From NCBI RefSeq assembly GCF_018350175.1, contig NC_058368.1:149422001-149486000 (forward strand): a stretch of DNA of 64,000 nucleotides. The letters are read 5' to 3'. The notes under the pieces are model-generated. The model was given only the letters and a program-made list of their open reading frames with translations, was not told the DNA's origin and did no database searches. Numbering within the stretch: the first letter of the stretch is position 1; each line of letters starts with the position of its first letter. The translations under genes were made by a program, and so were the position numbers. Positions 37,430-50,144 of the stretch are shown here, in pieces. Source of the stretch: Felis catus. Its lineage: Eukaryota.

Positions 37430-38240
37430 AGTTGATAATTTCATAATATTTGTTGTTTCTGTATCTGTTTATTGTTTTTCCTCTCCTGGTTGAGTTCCGT
37501 TTTTCTATAACCCTTGTAATTTTTAATTAGATGTGAATTTTACAGTTGTGAGTTAATTTTGTTGTCCTTTAAAGAGTGTTGGATTTTTTTTCTTCAGCAC
37601 ACAGTTAAGTTACTTGGAATAACTTTGATCCTTTTAAGCTTTTCAGCTTTAAGAACAGAAGTTCAGCCCATCCTTTACTCAAGGGATTTATTAGCTCCAG
37701 CACAAAAGTGAGACCCTTTGTGAAGTTGCTATCCCTTGTGTCTTGAGATCTTTCCCCCTCTAGCATTTTGGAACACAGACTCTACTGCCTGCTTGGTGTG
37801 ACTTTGGTGATGTTTGAACTACGCTCTCCTGTGGTTATTTCCTCTGCCTTCAGGAGTTCCACCTCGCCTCTGTGCAGATTCGTGCTCAGCCCAAGGCTGG
37901 GGACAACTTTCTCCCCTGATCTCCAGAGCTCCCTCTGGTACAGCTCTCTCCTCTCCAGTTCTTGGCCATGCACATTTGAGGTGCCTACACTTTCCTCCTC
38001 TCTCATTTCTGTGTCTTCAAGGCAGCAAGATCTCCAGGCTGTTTGGATTCTCTCTTTCCCCAGGCCCTGAAAAACTGCCATTGGCAGTTCTAGTGTTCAG
38101 CTTCCCCTTTTCTAAGAAATCACCTGTCCGTGCTGTGTAGAATCCAATGTTTAAAAACAATTACTTCACTTTTTCCTAAATTTATAATTGTTTAGAGGAG
38201 AAGGTTAATTTCTTTAGAAGTTAATCCTTCATGAGTGGAA
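37430..38240 (-). mobile_element. Probable ancient L1 5'-region fragment
   Basis: Pyrimidine-rich sequence with motifs ('gttaagttacttggaa..ttgatcctttt', 'gcagattc..ctcagccca') recalled from L1M 5' ends. Confidence 0.4.
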
Positions 38241-39307
38241 GCAGAAATCCTTTAGAATATTTAAGGTAGCAGTGTGGAGTTAACACTCTGATGAGATTTT
38301 AAAAATATATCTTTAGCTACTGAAGATTGAAACCACCAACTTTTTTCCTCAGCCTGGTATGACCTTTTCTTTATTCCTTCATGTCTTCTCACCAAGACCA
38401 GAACACATAGAGTCATGGAATACTTGAATGAGAAGGGTTCTTATTTTATTTGCACGAAAATTGTCTGGATGAAAAATGTGAATATAAATGCTATTATGTG
38501 GGGATTTTATGTCCTGTACATTTCTTCATTTCCATTCAAACAACATCAAAATAAGCTCAAAGGGAAAACATTATGTCCTAAGAAAAAGAAAAAAATGTAA
38601 TTTTTTTCTCTAACTGTAGAAAAATAGCGTATAAGAGAAGTAATATTTTGAATAGCTGACTGTTGTCTCACTAAATTCAAGAACATGTAAATCCGGCCCC
38701 AAACAGCATAGGTTTTTCCTGCACCTATGGCTAAGTTCTTCAGGCATTAGTGGTTGACAAACACCTTACCTTGGCGATGATGTCCATATTCCAAAGACAA
38801 TACAATATATTTTTCATATGGATGCAAATCTTAGAAATCAGGGCATATGATTGTTTTCTTAAAAGCTTACATTGAAGAATTCTTTTTAGTTTTTTTTTTT
38901 TCAGGTTTTAGTGCTTTTGCTTAAGAAACACCGCAGGTGACAAGTAATTCCTGGAACCCCTTCTGACCTTTAGAATAGCACAGAGAACACAACACTATAT
39001 GAGGCGAAACACCAATTTGATCACAATGCTACTCTTTTATAACAGAAAGAAATTGATTCTTCAGCTTCTTTTTCCAGGCAAGGCCTTTCAATGACATCAT
39101 TCTGTACAGAGAGTGATCATAGACTTCATTTTAAATGGGCATGTTTCATGACAAATTAGAATTTGTGTATTCTAACTAATGAGGAGTAAAACATCATTGG
39201 TCTATGTTGCCTTTTTTTGTTGTTACTCATCAATATAATTCAGTTCCTATCGCACTTTAAACATGTACTTTTTATAATGATTCTAAAATGTATGGTCATT
39301 TATGAGC

Positions 39308-39527
39308 TTTTTTAAAAAAAATTTAATGTTTATTTATTTTTGAGAGATGGAGAGACACAGCATGAGTGGTGGAGGGACAGAGAGAGAGGGAGACACAGAA
39401 TCCAAAGCAGGCTCTAGGGTCTGAACTGTCAGCACAGAGCCCAATGCAGGACTTGAACCCACAGACTGCGAGATCATGACCTGAGCTGAAGTCAGACGTC
39501 CAACCCATTGAGCCACCCAAGCACCCC
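39308..39527 (-). mobile_element. CanSINE, felid type
   Basis: Full SINE flanked by tatgag...ttttttaa on both sides. Confidence 0.95.
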
Positions 39528-39711
39528 TATGAGGTGTTTTTTAATGTTAATTTCTAATTCATGTTAAGAAATTTAAAAAGAGCCTTAAGAACCCATTGAT
39601 AAATAGGGAAATGCATACATATATACACACAGATACATGTATGAAACTGCACTGTGTTCAAAAAAGTATACAAATAGATGTACCAAAAATAGACATTAAA
39701 AATGCTATTTT

Positions 39712-40156
39712 ACTGCTTTCTTAGGACTGCTGCAACAAAGTACTAAAAACTGAGTGGTTTAAAAGAACAGAAATGAATTGATTCAGTTCTGAGTCTCAAA
39801 GTCTGAAATCAAGGTCATTCCCCCTCTGCAACCTATAGGAGAATCCTTCCTTGGCTCTTCTTTGCTTCTAGTGGTTTGTCTACAGTCTTTAGCATTCCTT
39901 GGCTTATAGACCCATCATTCTAATCCTTGGTCTTTACTTGGTCTTCCCTCTGTGCATGTCTGTCTCTGGGTCCACATTTTCCATTGCCCCTTTTTATAAG
40001 GACACCAGTCAGATTGGATTAGGGTCTACCCTAATAAGCTCTTTTTAATATGATTACCTCTTTGAAGACTCTATTTCCACATAAGGGTTCATTCTCAAGT
40101 GCTAGGGGTTAGGACTCCAACATATCTTTTTGGGGCACATAATTCAACCCATAACA
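39712..40156 (-). mobile_element. MaLR LTR (MLT1B/C-like)
   Basis: 'gctgcaacaaagtac..gtggtttaaaagaacagaaat', 'taaggacaccagtcagattggattaggg' and terminal 'aattcaacccataaca'. Confidence 0.88.
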
Positions 40157-40175
40157 ACTATAAAGTAATTTAAAT

Positions 40176-40202
40176 ACACACACACACACACACACATACA
40201 CA
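40176..40202. repeat. (CA)n microsatellite
   Basis: Direct reading. Confidence 0.9.
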
Positions 40203-40371
40203 CCATCTTTATTTTTTAAAACAAGAAAAACAACAAATACAGTTACAGAAATAAGAGTAGTGGTAACATGTATTGAGTATCATTCCATTGAGCATGAAGT
40301 ATCTTCCTTAGTTCTATGAGGAAATCAGTTTATAGTCTCCATTTGACCTCATTTGACAAAATGGGGAAGTT

Positions 40372-40586
40372 GGGGCACCTGGGTGGCTCAGTCGGTTGAG
40401 TTTCTGACCTCAGCTCAGGTCATGATCTCACATCCTGTGAGTTCAAACCCTGCTTCGGGCACTGTGCTGACAGCTCAGAGCCTGGAGTCTGCTTCTGATT
40501 CTGTGTCTCCCTCTCTGTCTGCCCCTCCCCTGCTCATGCTCTGTCTCTCTGTCAAGAATAAATAAACATTAAAAAAAAAGTTTAAA
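40372..40586 (+). mobile_element. CanSINE, felid type, inserted in a MIR
   Basis: TSD aaaatggggaagt at 40358-40370 and 40587-40599. The flanks ('caaagtcacacaact', 'tttaaccact') are antisense MIR. Confidence 0.96.
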
Positions 40587-40704
40587 AAAATGGGGAAGTA
40601 ATGTACTCAAAGTCACACAACTATTGAGTGATAAAACTAGGAGTCAAATCAATGTCTGTCTGAAGTAAGAGTCAAGACTTTTTAACCACTGGCATCCTTA
40701 AACT

Positions 40705-41190
40705 ACTTTTGTACCATTAATACCTTCAGTTGTGTGAGACATCCTTGGAACTCTTTTCAGAAAAATGTTTCCAAAGCATAAAAGGAAACACATAAAATTA
40801 ACAAAAAAATTCTTTCAAAACAAAACTTTCATTTTTAGGTAGAAAATGTACAAATATTGACAATTTTATATGGTTCATACCAGGAGTAATATATGTGCTT
40901 CTTTACTAGTAATTAAGATCAAGTGATACATTTAATAATTACCATAACTTCAAAATATGTGTAACAATTTTTCAGTAATGTGATATGAAAATCTTTGTGA
41001 TGGCTATTGGTGACAAAATCATAGATGCTGCTAATGCTGTGTTGTAATTTTTTTCCTATTTTAATAATTGAAGGCAGTTATCAATTTTAGTTAGGATAGT
41101 GAAATGAAAGCTATATATTTTTCCCCTAAAAGTTCACAGAGCCTTTGGAGGGCAGTTGGAGAGTTTATGAATTCCAGGCTAAGAACCTGT
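40705..41190. mobile_element. hAT-Charlie-like DNA transposon relic
   Basis: 'tgatatgaaaatctttgtga..attggtgacaaaatca' and terminal 'ccaggctaagaacc' resemble Charlie4-type elements. Confidence 0.5.
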
Positions 41191-42569
41191 GTACTAAGTT
41201 TTGGCCAATTGGAGGGCACCTAAGTGATTTTTTACTTGATACAAATGCTTGAAAAGTAATTTCATTGGTCTTAAATTTGTTTATTTTTTAATACACAATG
41301 AAATTTTTCTTTATCTTTGGATAGCCCATATCAGCCATATTGCCTTATCACTTTATATATGCCCTATAGACAAAGTGCTCTATGGGGACATGCTCATGTT
41401 TCAATGAATATATACACGTAACTTTTACTTATGAGATGTAAAGTAAATAAAAGGCTGCTTATGATAACTTTTAAATTCCCCTCTATCTGTTGTATTTTAG
41501 TTGGTAAATTTTCTCTAAGCTCTTCACTCAATAACATGTGTGCACACATAGCAACTCATTGTCCGATGTAATATTCTTTAATTTGCTAATAAGGTGGGTA
41601 GACAGGTGGATGGCAGAGGAAAAGGAGTTATTAACAGAGCAAAGGAAGTGTGACATTAAGACATAGAATACATGGTTATTCATAGGAAGGAAAAGATTTT
41701 TGTTAGAGCTCTCTCAATTCGTTTCTCCATGGTATTTCTTGATATTCTTTGACCTCCTTTGAGGTATTGACCTTACTCTTAGAGACACTATCCTGAACAG
41801 TCCCTGCCAAATTTTACCAAGGAAAAATGTGTCTGTTTAAGACACAATTTCATTTCCTCTTATTCAATGCATTAGGATACAGAACAAAATTAACCTAATA
41901 ACACTGGTGCATTTGCAAGAACAGCCAACTGTAAAACAGAGTGATAAAACAAGCAGTTTGTAAATTTTCTTTTTACAACACTCTTGTTAAACTAATTTAA
42001 GTGTCCTGCCTCCAGGAGCAGCTTAGAGAGGATACACTTTAAGTGATTATTCCTAAATAGGTTATTATTTTAAATAGATTCCTTAAGAGTCACATGTGTG
42101 GCATTTGGTTAATCCATTACATTTCCAATTAGAAACAAGTGCTTTTTATGGAAGGCAAATTATTTTATATGCTCCACAGCTGCACTTAGGACAGAAGACT
42201 CAGCCCATGACATTCCTCTTGAAAAACATTAAGGGAAGCTCTATCCCATGCCCAAGGGTGATTAAGCTTCTTAAATCACTTCTGATATGTGACAGAAGTA
42301 GTCTCTTCTAATCCTATTTCTCTGAAATAATAAACTTTCTATTCCACATGGGCTTGCAGGACTCATCATTTTTGCTCCTAGTCTTAGCCCATGTGTTTAT
42401 TTTAATGACCACTGCTCAATAGTTGAGCAAGCAACCTCTGAACTCATTCATACTGATAATTTATACAGCATTGACAGGATGTACTCTGAGCTGGGCTCAC
42501 ACCACATATGTGATACTTACATTTGATCTACTAATTAACAATTGGAAAATCTCTAGTTGTGTTTCAAAG

Positions 42570-42800
42570 CTTAGTGCTTAAGACTTTGATTTGATTCCAA
42601 TCTGCATTCTGTCACTTATTAGCTGTATGACGTTGAATAAGTTATGTCCCTAAACTTTAGTCTCCTCAAGGACAAAATGGAAATAGTAACTATCTCCTTT
42701 ATAGAATTAGTATAAAAAATGAATGAGAATAACTATGTAAAATTCTTAGCACTAAACCCAGCCCATAGTAAACCCTCAATAAACCACTATTACTATCATT
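42570..42800 (+). mobile_element. MIR
   Basis: 'ctgtcacttattagctgtatgacgttgaataagtta..aaaatggaaatagtaac..atgtaaaattcttagcac..ctcaataaa'. Confidence 0.85.
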
Positions 42801-43194
42801 GTTAAGATACGTAGATAAGCCTACCCCACCTCAAAGAAGATTGAAGTGACTCTGGCCAGGGTCTTATGAAGAGAGCTAGAGTCAAACAATTTGTACAAGA
42901 TGCCCAAAACATAAATGTCTGGGATTGGAATTCCATGGTAAAATCCTTAGAGGGTCTAAGAAATCAAGATCAAAAAGAGAAGTTGGCAAATCCAAAAACT
43001 AAAGATAGTTACCTTTCAAAATGTAGGTTACAAGACTGGTGGGATTAGAAAGTATTTGGAGTGAGTCTAGCAGCAAGGGGTGCTTGGAGAATGGCAAGAA
43101 GGTGTCATAGTTTAGTTCCATTGGCATCAGAAACTGGCAAGTGAGTCATTCTGGCTAGCTCAAAAGTATAGGGGTATAGTGGACAAAATGCAGA

Positions 43195-44200
43195 GTGTAC
43201 CTAATCATTATTCAATTTTAAGTGCCTATATACTTCCAGGTTTTGAATCTCATTCTAGAGATAGATAGGTTCAGGGACATGGCTTTTTGCCTTCAAGTGT
43301 CTTAGAAGAGGACAGACATCAATAAAGAAATAACAATTTTCAACTTTCTTGCTTAGGTGATGAATAAACTGTTACACAGATAAGTAAACTATTCAGAAGT
43401 GCAGGTTTGAGGGGAGATAAAATGAATTCTTTGGAAATGTTGAGTATGAACTTCCTGTTAGTCATTCAGGACTTACAAACTGATGGCTAAATACGTAACT
43501 GGAGCTTAGACAAGAGGGCTGAGTTTGTTGTCTGTCAGCATAGGTTTGGGAGTTACAGACAAAGGATGGTACATTAGTCTGCTCAGGCTGCCATAACAAA
43601 ATACCACAGACTAAGTGGCTTAAACAACATAAATGTATTTTCTCACAGTTCCAGAAACTGGGAAGTCCAAGATCAAGGTGCTGGCAAATTGGGTTTCTGT
43701 TAGGGGCTCTCTTTCTGAGTTATGGACGGCCACCTTCTCACTGTGTCCTCATACGGTCTTTCCTGGGTGCATGAACATGGAGAGTGAGCAAGCTCTCTGG
43801 AGTCTCTTATTATAACACTGCTATTCTAACAGATCTGAGGCCCCCACTTTACAACCTCATTTAACCTTAATTACTTCCTTAGACTCCCCATCACCAAATA
43901 CAACCATGCTGAAAGTTAGTGCGTGAACATATGAATTTGGGGAAGCACAAACATTGTCTATAACCTACAGAATAAGATTTCCAAGGACAGTGTAGAGAAT
44001 GAGAATCAAAGCCAAAGACAAAAGTATAGAAAGCTGGTATGAAAGTGTAGGTAGTAGAAGAGAAAGTGGTAGAGGAACTCTGAAAGAGTGTTCAGAGTAA
44101 GAAACAAATTAAAAAAGAGAATTGTATCCAGTTGGTATAAAAAATTGAGAGGTGTTCAAGTACTGAATAATCAATATCATTGTGACAGGTCAAGCAAAAA
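43195..44200 (-). mobile_element. L2 fragments interrupted by MLT1A
   Basis: Antisense L2 motifs 'atgaattctttggaaatgttgagtatgaacttcctg' and 'ggtttgggagtta', continuing after 43965. Confidence 0.6.
43570..43964 (-). mobile_element. MaLR LTR (MLT1A-like)
   Basis: 'attagtctgctcaggctgccataacaaaataccacagact..gtccaagatcaaggtgctggca..catatgaatttgggg..acaaacatt'. Confidence 0.92.
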
Positions 44201-44941
44201 TAAAGTACCAGATACTTGGCTGTCCTACAGTTAACTTGATATTAAGGTAGAAACATTTAGGAAAAGTTACAGATGTTTACAAAGAAGATTTTTTTTAAAG
44301 TACAATGTGCCCTGGAAATACAGATGTCATATTTGGCTTTATTTCCTCAACATGGTGCCTGGAATGAGGGAAGCAGTGAATAAACTTTAGTAATACTGTA
44401 CTCAAAGTGAAAGAAAAGAGAAAGAGGCCCTTGTTATTGCTAGCTGCTTGCTTTTTCTTATCATCACTTGTACTTTATCAATATGACTATTATAATATTT
44501 TCTGAAATATCTGGGAATGAGGCCTTATCAGTAGAAAATGAGGATAGAGAAACTTCTATGACTCACTTTTAAAATAGGCAGTGGACACAGAAAAGAAAAT
44601 GTTCTTAATAAGATGATATACTGAATAACAACAACAAAAAAAACTTGACATGAGAAGAAATGTACATGTAAACAAGAAACAATGTGTTTATTCAGAATAA
44701 TTGCCAAAAATATCCATATACTTTAAAAACATTATTTGTGAAATTTCCATATATGCTTTTGTATTTATACCCATGTAGTCACTGATTTACTTGGTAAAAT
44801 ACCACTGATCCTCAAAACTCTGAATAAATTCTAGATTTTATGCAAAACAAAAATTACAAAATGAAGATTTGTTTTTCATACCAAGCTATAATAAAAGTCT
44901 AATAAAGCAGAAAAAAGAAAAAATAATTTTTTTTTGAATGA

Positions 44942-45300
44942 GGGGGCTTTTTTCTGACTCTACTCAGTTGGTAGAACATGTGACTCTTTTTTTTTTTAAA
45001 TTTTTTTTTCAACGTTTATTTATTTTTGGGACAGAGACAGAGCATGAACGGGGGAGGGGCAGAGAGAGAGGGAGACACAGAATCGGAAACAGGCTCCAGG
45101 CTCTGAGCCATCAGCCCAGAGCCGGACGCGGGGCTCGAACTCATGGACCGTGAGATCGTGACCTGGCTGAAGTCGGACGCTTAACCGACTGCGCCACCCA
45201 GGCGCCCCACGTGTGACTCTTAATCTCAGGGTTTTGAGTTCAAGCCCCACACTGGGTGTGGAGATTACTTAAAAAAATTTTTTTTAAAAACAAAAAAAAA
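44942..45300 (+). mobile_element. Short tRNA-like CanSINE (older), interrupted by a younger SINE
   Basis: 'ctcagttggtagaacatgtgactct|taatctcagggttttgagttcaagccccacactgggtgtggagattacttaaaa'. Confidence 0.85.
44989..45208 (-). mobile_element. Young felid SINE (SINEC_Fc-like)
   Basis: CpG-rich, with felid-type motifs ggtggcgcagtcgg, gggctgatggctcagagc and gtttccgattc. TSD ac[a/g]tgtgactctt. Confidence 0.97.
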
Positions 45301-45489
45301 ATTTAATGAAAATACATTTGAGTTCCATGCCTAGAAAGAAGTAGAGGTGAATATGTTATTTTAACAATGTCGAGGGGCTATTTTATTGAATAGAAGTATA
45401 TCAGTGAGAAATCTGGCATTGTTTCAGCTACTGAAATAGTAATATCTGGGAATATTTGGAAAGATCAACACAAAAACATCTCTTAGACT

Positions 45490-45725
45490 TATAGTGCATT
45501 TCTGAGGACAGGTACATTTATTACCTCATTCCTTTTCAAAATATCCTGCAATGGAGATGTTCCTCCCAGCCATGTTTACAAATAAGAAAACAGACTCAAG
45601 TAGATAAAGTGATTTTCCCAGCATCATGCATGTTTTGAAAAACAGCAAAGGCAAAAGCTATCTCACTTCATTCCACACGTTTACTGAATTTCTATTGTGT
45701 GCCAAGTACCAGGTATTGGAGTCAT
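45490..45725 (-). mobile_element. MIR plus L2 tail fragments
   Basis: 'tttacaaataagaaaacagactca..aagtgattttccca' and 'ttcattccacacgtttactgaatttctattgtgtgccaag'. Confidence 0.6.
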
Positions 45726-46064
45726 AGGCAAATAAAATAAAGCTCCACTGCACTCTGCCCACCACCCCCCATGCCTTCCTTCACTTAGACTCCATCTATT
45801 TCGCGTGTAAGTCTCCTGTCTGCTGTGGAAAAGCTGTGACACCCACATGACACCATTAGTAACAGTTTCCCTGAATAGCCTCCGTGGATAAAGATAGTGG
45901 GAGGTGAAGGTCCTAACTCCCAAGGGCAGACCCTGTCTTGGTAATGTGTTACCTGCTCCTGTGACCAAGATGAACATCCAGATAGTTTTTCATATTATTC
46001 ATAAGGCTCCCTGATCTATGACCAGTCTCTCTACTTTATTTGAGTTGCTTTTAAAATTAGATCA

Positions 46065-46650
46065 ATAGCACTGCTAGGAATTTATCCAAGGGATACAGGA
46101 GTACTGATGCATAGGGCCACTTGTACCCCAATGTTCATAGCAGCACTCTCAACAATAGCCAAATTATGGAAAGAGCCTAAATGTCCATCAACTGATGAAT
46201 GGATAAAGAAATTGTGGTTTATATACACAATGGAATATTACGTAGCAATGAGAAAAAATGAAATATGGCCTTTTGTAGCAACGTGGATGGAACTGGAGAG
46301 TGTGATGCTAAGTGAAATAAGCCATACAGAGAAAGACAGATACCATATGGTTTCACTCTTATGTGGATCCTGAGAAACTTAACAGGAACCCATGGGGGAG
46401 GGGAAGGAAAAAAAAAAAAAGAGGTTAGAGTGGGAGAGAGCCAAAGCATAAGAGACTGTTAAAAACTGAGAACAAACTGAGGGTTGATGGGGGGTGGGAG
46501 GGAGGAGAGGGTGGGTGATGGGTATTGAGGAGGGCACCTTTTGGGATGAGCACTGGGTGTTGTATGGAAACCAATTTGTCAATAAATTTCATATATAAAA
46601 ATAAATAAATAAATAAAAATTAAAAAAAAAATAAAGGGACTGCTAACTGG

Positions 46651-46697
<47 letters not shown>
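46065..46697 (+). mobile_element. Young felid L1 3' end (5'-truncated) with double A-tail
   Basis: Intact ORF2 C-terminus (CTPMFIAALSTIAKLWKEPKCPSTDEWIKK), 3'UTR and TSD aaaattagatca at 46053-46064 and 46698-46709. Confidence 0.97.
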
Positions 46698-46699
<2 letters not shown>

Positions 46700-46711
46700 A
46701 ATTAGATCATA

Positions 46712-46920
46712 AGAGTGCCTGGGTGGATCAGCCGGTTAAGCATCCAACTTGAACATCCAGGTCATGATCTCAGGGTTGGTGAGTTTGAATCCCACATCCT
46801 GCTCTATGTTGACAGCTCAGAGCCTGGAGCTTGCTTTGGATTTTGTGTCTCCCTCTCTCTCTCTACCCTTACCCCACTATATGTCCCTTTCTCAAAAATA
46901 GATAAACATTAAAAAATAAA
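46712..46920 (+). mobile_element. CanSINE, felid type, diverged
   Basis: 'gagtgcctgggtggatcagccggttaagcatcc..cagagcctggagc' followed by a tail. Confidence 0.92.
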
Positions 46921-47056
46921 ATAAGATCAGATCATTAATGATATATTGAATATAGTTGGGTCCAGACAGTCATGGGTCATGACTCATGGTTTGTTCACCA
47001 TCTCCTGTGCAGGATCAAGGGAATGAATTAGGTGGCTTTTGGGTAACCTATACAGC

Positions 47057-47192
47057 AATAGTTCTCAAAGTGGGGTTCCTGGATGAGCAGTAGTAACTAC
47101 TGAATTAAAAACTCTGAAAGTAGGGCCCAGAAATCTGTGTTTTAATAAAACCTCAAGAGTTGCTGATGCATGCTATAATTTAAGAACAACTG
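47057..47192. mobile_element. MER5A-like hAT MITE
   Basis: TIR-like caatagttctcaaa / ttaagaacaactg, plus 'gggcccagaaatctgtgttttaa'. Confidence 0.8.
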
Positions 47193-48597
47193 GTACACAG
47201 CTATAGAATTCTTTTTCTATACTATTTGGACAGAAATAGTGTTATGAAAGTTCCCAGCAAAAATAGAATCTATCCATCAATGTAATGGTAAACTCAAGCA
47301 CATTTTTATCCACATTATTACCACTCTGTCTTTATTTATTATCACCTTTATCTGAAGTAGCTTTTAAAATATCTAATTTAATGTGAAAGCAAGCTCTCAG
47401 GACTGGTTAGTGTCATGTGAGTAAATACATAGTTTATATTAATGGCATTGAAAGTTGAACTATGGGACAATTTGTTCCTTCTAATTCACCCTCATCTTAT
47501 TGCTGTTTCCAGAAGTATTAAGTATATTTATTGTCTCTTCATGGTTAGAGTATGAAAGAAAAGTGCCCAAAATGTTCATATTTATGGTATAAGTAATAAA
47601 ATATTGAAGGGGTTTTTTTAGTTCAAAGTAGCACCTTTGTTTATATTTTAAGGAGCATTTTACATTATTTACATCTTGAGAAATTTATGTTATTTAATGC
47701 CTCTTACTGTATTTCATTTATTTCTAAGAGAAGAAATTATTGGTAGTGTATAAGAAGTTTGATTAGTGATTTTTGGTTGGTTTTAAATAGTTATTTGCCA
47801 AACATTGTTTTTTCCAAAATAATAACAAGTCTAATAAGCATTGTCTACTACATTGGTTCTAAAATATAAAATGAAGAGAGAGGAAAAACTGGTAAGATTT
47901 TTAATTTACATCTTCAGCAAATACTATAAATGATGTCTCTGTAGCCTAATCTTGTTTTTCTTTACAAGAAATAACTTGGCAAAGAAATATTGTTCTTTCC
48001 CACTTAGCATTCTTCACGCCTGTACAAGTATATATGTATATTCAAGGGTTGAGTTCTAATTTTGGAGTTTCCTTGTGTATGTAGAGACAAATAGGACTGT
48101 TTTCTTTGATGAGGTTGACAAAAGTACTTGTAACCTTTGTTTCTTCATGTAGCCACTTTGCTTGCAGAAATTGTTTTTTTTCCTTTCTGATGACAGCTCT
48201 CTTCATAGACTGCATCTATATTAAGTTGCATTTCTAGGGCTCCCTCAAGGTATTTTAAAATTCTCTGATGAAAAACCTATGTTACATAAAAGTTGGATGA
48301 TATAGGTAAGGGAAGTTTTGGAGCAGTCATGGTTCTCCATAGAGGGACCTATTGGAACTTTTGGGAATCTGTGCAAGGAGATAGAACTAAGTCTGATGGA
48401 ATCTATCCTTGGATAAGTCACATGGTAGGCCACATTCTATTCCCTCCAGAATGCTTTTAAAGAAATGAAATCCAAATTAAATTAATTACAGCCTGATGAA
48501 TGGTATTCAGTATTGCAGGGGAAAGGTTGGGAGGAGGATGGAGTTGTCAGCAAATGGACATTAAAAACTAAGTTGCAAGAGAAACAGGAATAGGAAT

Positions 48598-48770
48598 AGT
48601 CATAGAGTCATGGAAGTCAGGGGATAAAACTTTACAGATCATCTGGTCTGACTCAGCCATTGCACAAATGAGTCTGAGTGAAAGAGAAGTAAAAGGACTG
48701 CTTAAAGTCACTGCTTAAGGAACCAATTGATCCAGAGCATCCACATTCTCAGTCATTTCCACTACCCAGT
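48598..48770 (-). mobile_element. MIR3-like fragment
   Basis: 'catagagtcatggaagtcagg..cagatcatctggtctgac..ctgcttaaagtcac'. Confidence 0.5.
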
Positions 48771-50144
48771 TGAGATGATACAGAGGTAAAAATGATACAT
48801 GAAGGGGAGGTAGAAAATATGAGCTTATCAAGGAGATTACGAAAGCTTGGGGGACTGAATTAGGAAACCAAAACAACACGATGGGAATTAGAGTGAGACT
48901 TACAGGAGCATGTAAAAAATAGTTTCAAGTTGGTGTGAAAAATAGTTTAAGAGTTTCTGGAAATGGGAGTAAACAAAAATCAGAAATTAAGAGTGGAAAT
49001 ACATACAGTTGTATTTACTTACTCCCCCTCCCCCAACCCTGCAGCATACAGGGCAAAGGTGGAAGGCATCATTATGGAGCTGAGGACTCAAAGCTTGTGG
49101 AAGCTAGGACAGTAAGCTGTAGGCAGAGGTACTTAAGCAGAGGGAAAACATCCAGAACATGACTGTGGGTTAAAGGATGGTTGTCAAGAAACCAGCGCCT
49201 TTCTTAGCAGCCAACTTTAGTGAGGAGGGGAAAGTAAGAGAAGAGGTAGGGGACAAGCTCTTTAAAGAAGAAACAGCAAGCACAGACATTTTGAGATATA
49301 TCCTGCTTCTTTGACCCTTCTGCAGCCCTCCTGCACTATGGACTGCCCAACTTTGACCGTCTGGCCAAGATGGTTCTCTTATAGGCCATGACAGATGACA
49401 CCATTTTGGCATAGGCTATAACAACCTATTAGGGCATCAAAGTCCTCTTCACAGTCAGACAGTGTTTTTTAACTGAAGCTCTCACTTCTGAATTACTAAG
49501 TTTGAGCTGGTTATCTGGCACATATACCTATAACCCTGACTGGAGTAAAATTGTCCAACTTAATTTATTCATGAACACAAATTATAATAGAAAATATCCA
49601 AATAAAGAATTTTGTATGTGAAGAAATCAAAATACACCAACCATCAAATAAATAAACCCTACAGTCTCCAAATATGTATCAGCTTGCAATTCTAAATGTT
49701 TCCCTATCTAGTTTTGCTTGACAAAAATCAAGGATGGGAACTTTGAATCTTTAGCAAAGACCTCACAAAACATTCTAATTGATAGACCCTGTGTCTTCAC
49801 AAATATTTACCATTGGTTATCTTCTAGGAAGCAAGTTGGGCAACATTTTTGAGCTCCTAATAAATTTTTTATTAGCATAACTTGCTAACTTGTAGCATAA
49901 CTTGTGATATTATGATACATACATACATACATACATATATATCATATATATATATGATATATATTAAGATATTATGACTTGCTGGACAGAACAAGCTAAT
50001 AGAGAATGAAAGGTTAAGTACTATTTTCTTTCAACTATCAGCACTAGCACTTCACTAGGCATTGTCCAGAAAGCACTCTTCTACAGGAATCTACACGGTT
50101 AGAACAAAATAATTTGGGTGGTTTTGACTTTTGACTATTCTAAC

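Noticed and set aside
38885..38950. Strong polypyrimidine-CAG acceptor suggesting an exon
   Set aside because: There is no convincing donor, ORF or neighbouring exons, and such motifs are common in AT-rich DNA.
42820..43170. Purine-rich segments (also about 1400-1900, 12480-12900 and 51190-51420) resembling ancient LTR relics
   Set aside because: They are too degenerate to assign by eye, with no termini or TSDs.
44960..45260. tRNA-Lys-like sequence
   Set aside because: It is the tRNA-derived head of a SINE, interrupted and A-tailed, not a tRNA gene.
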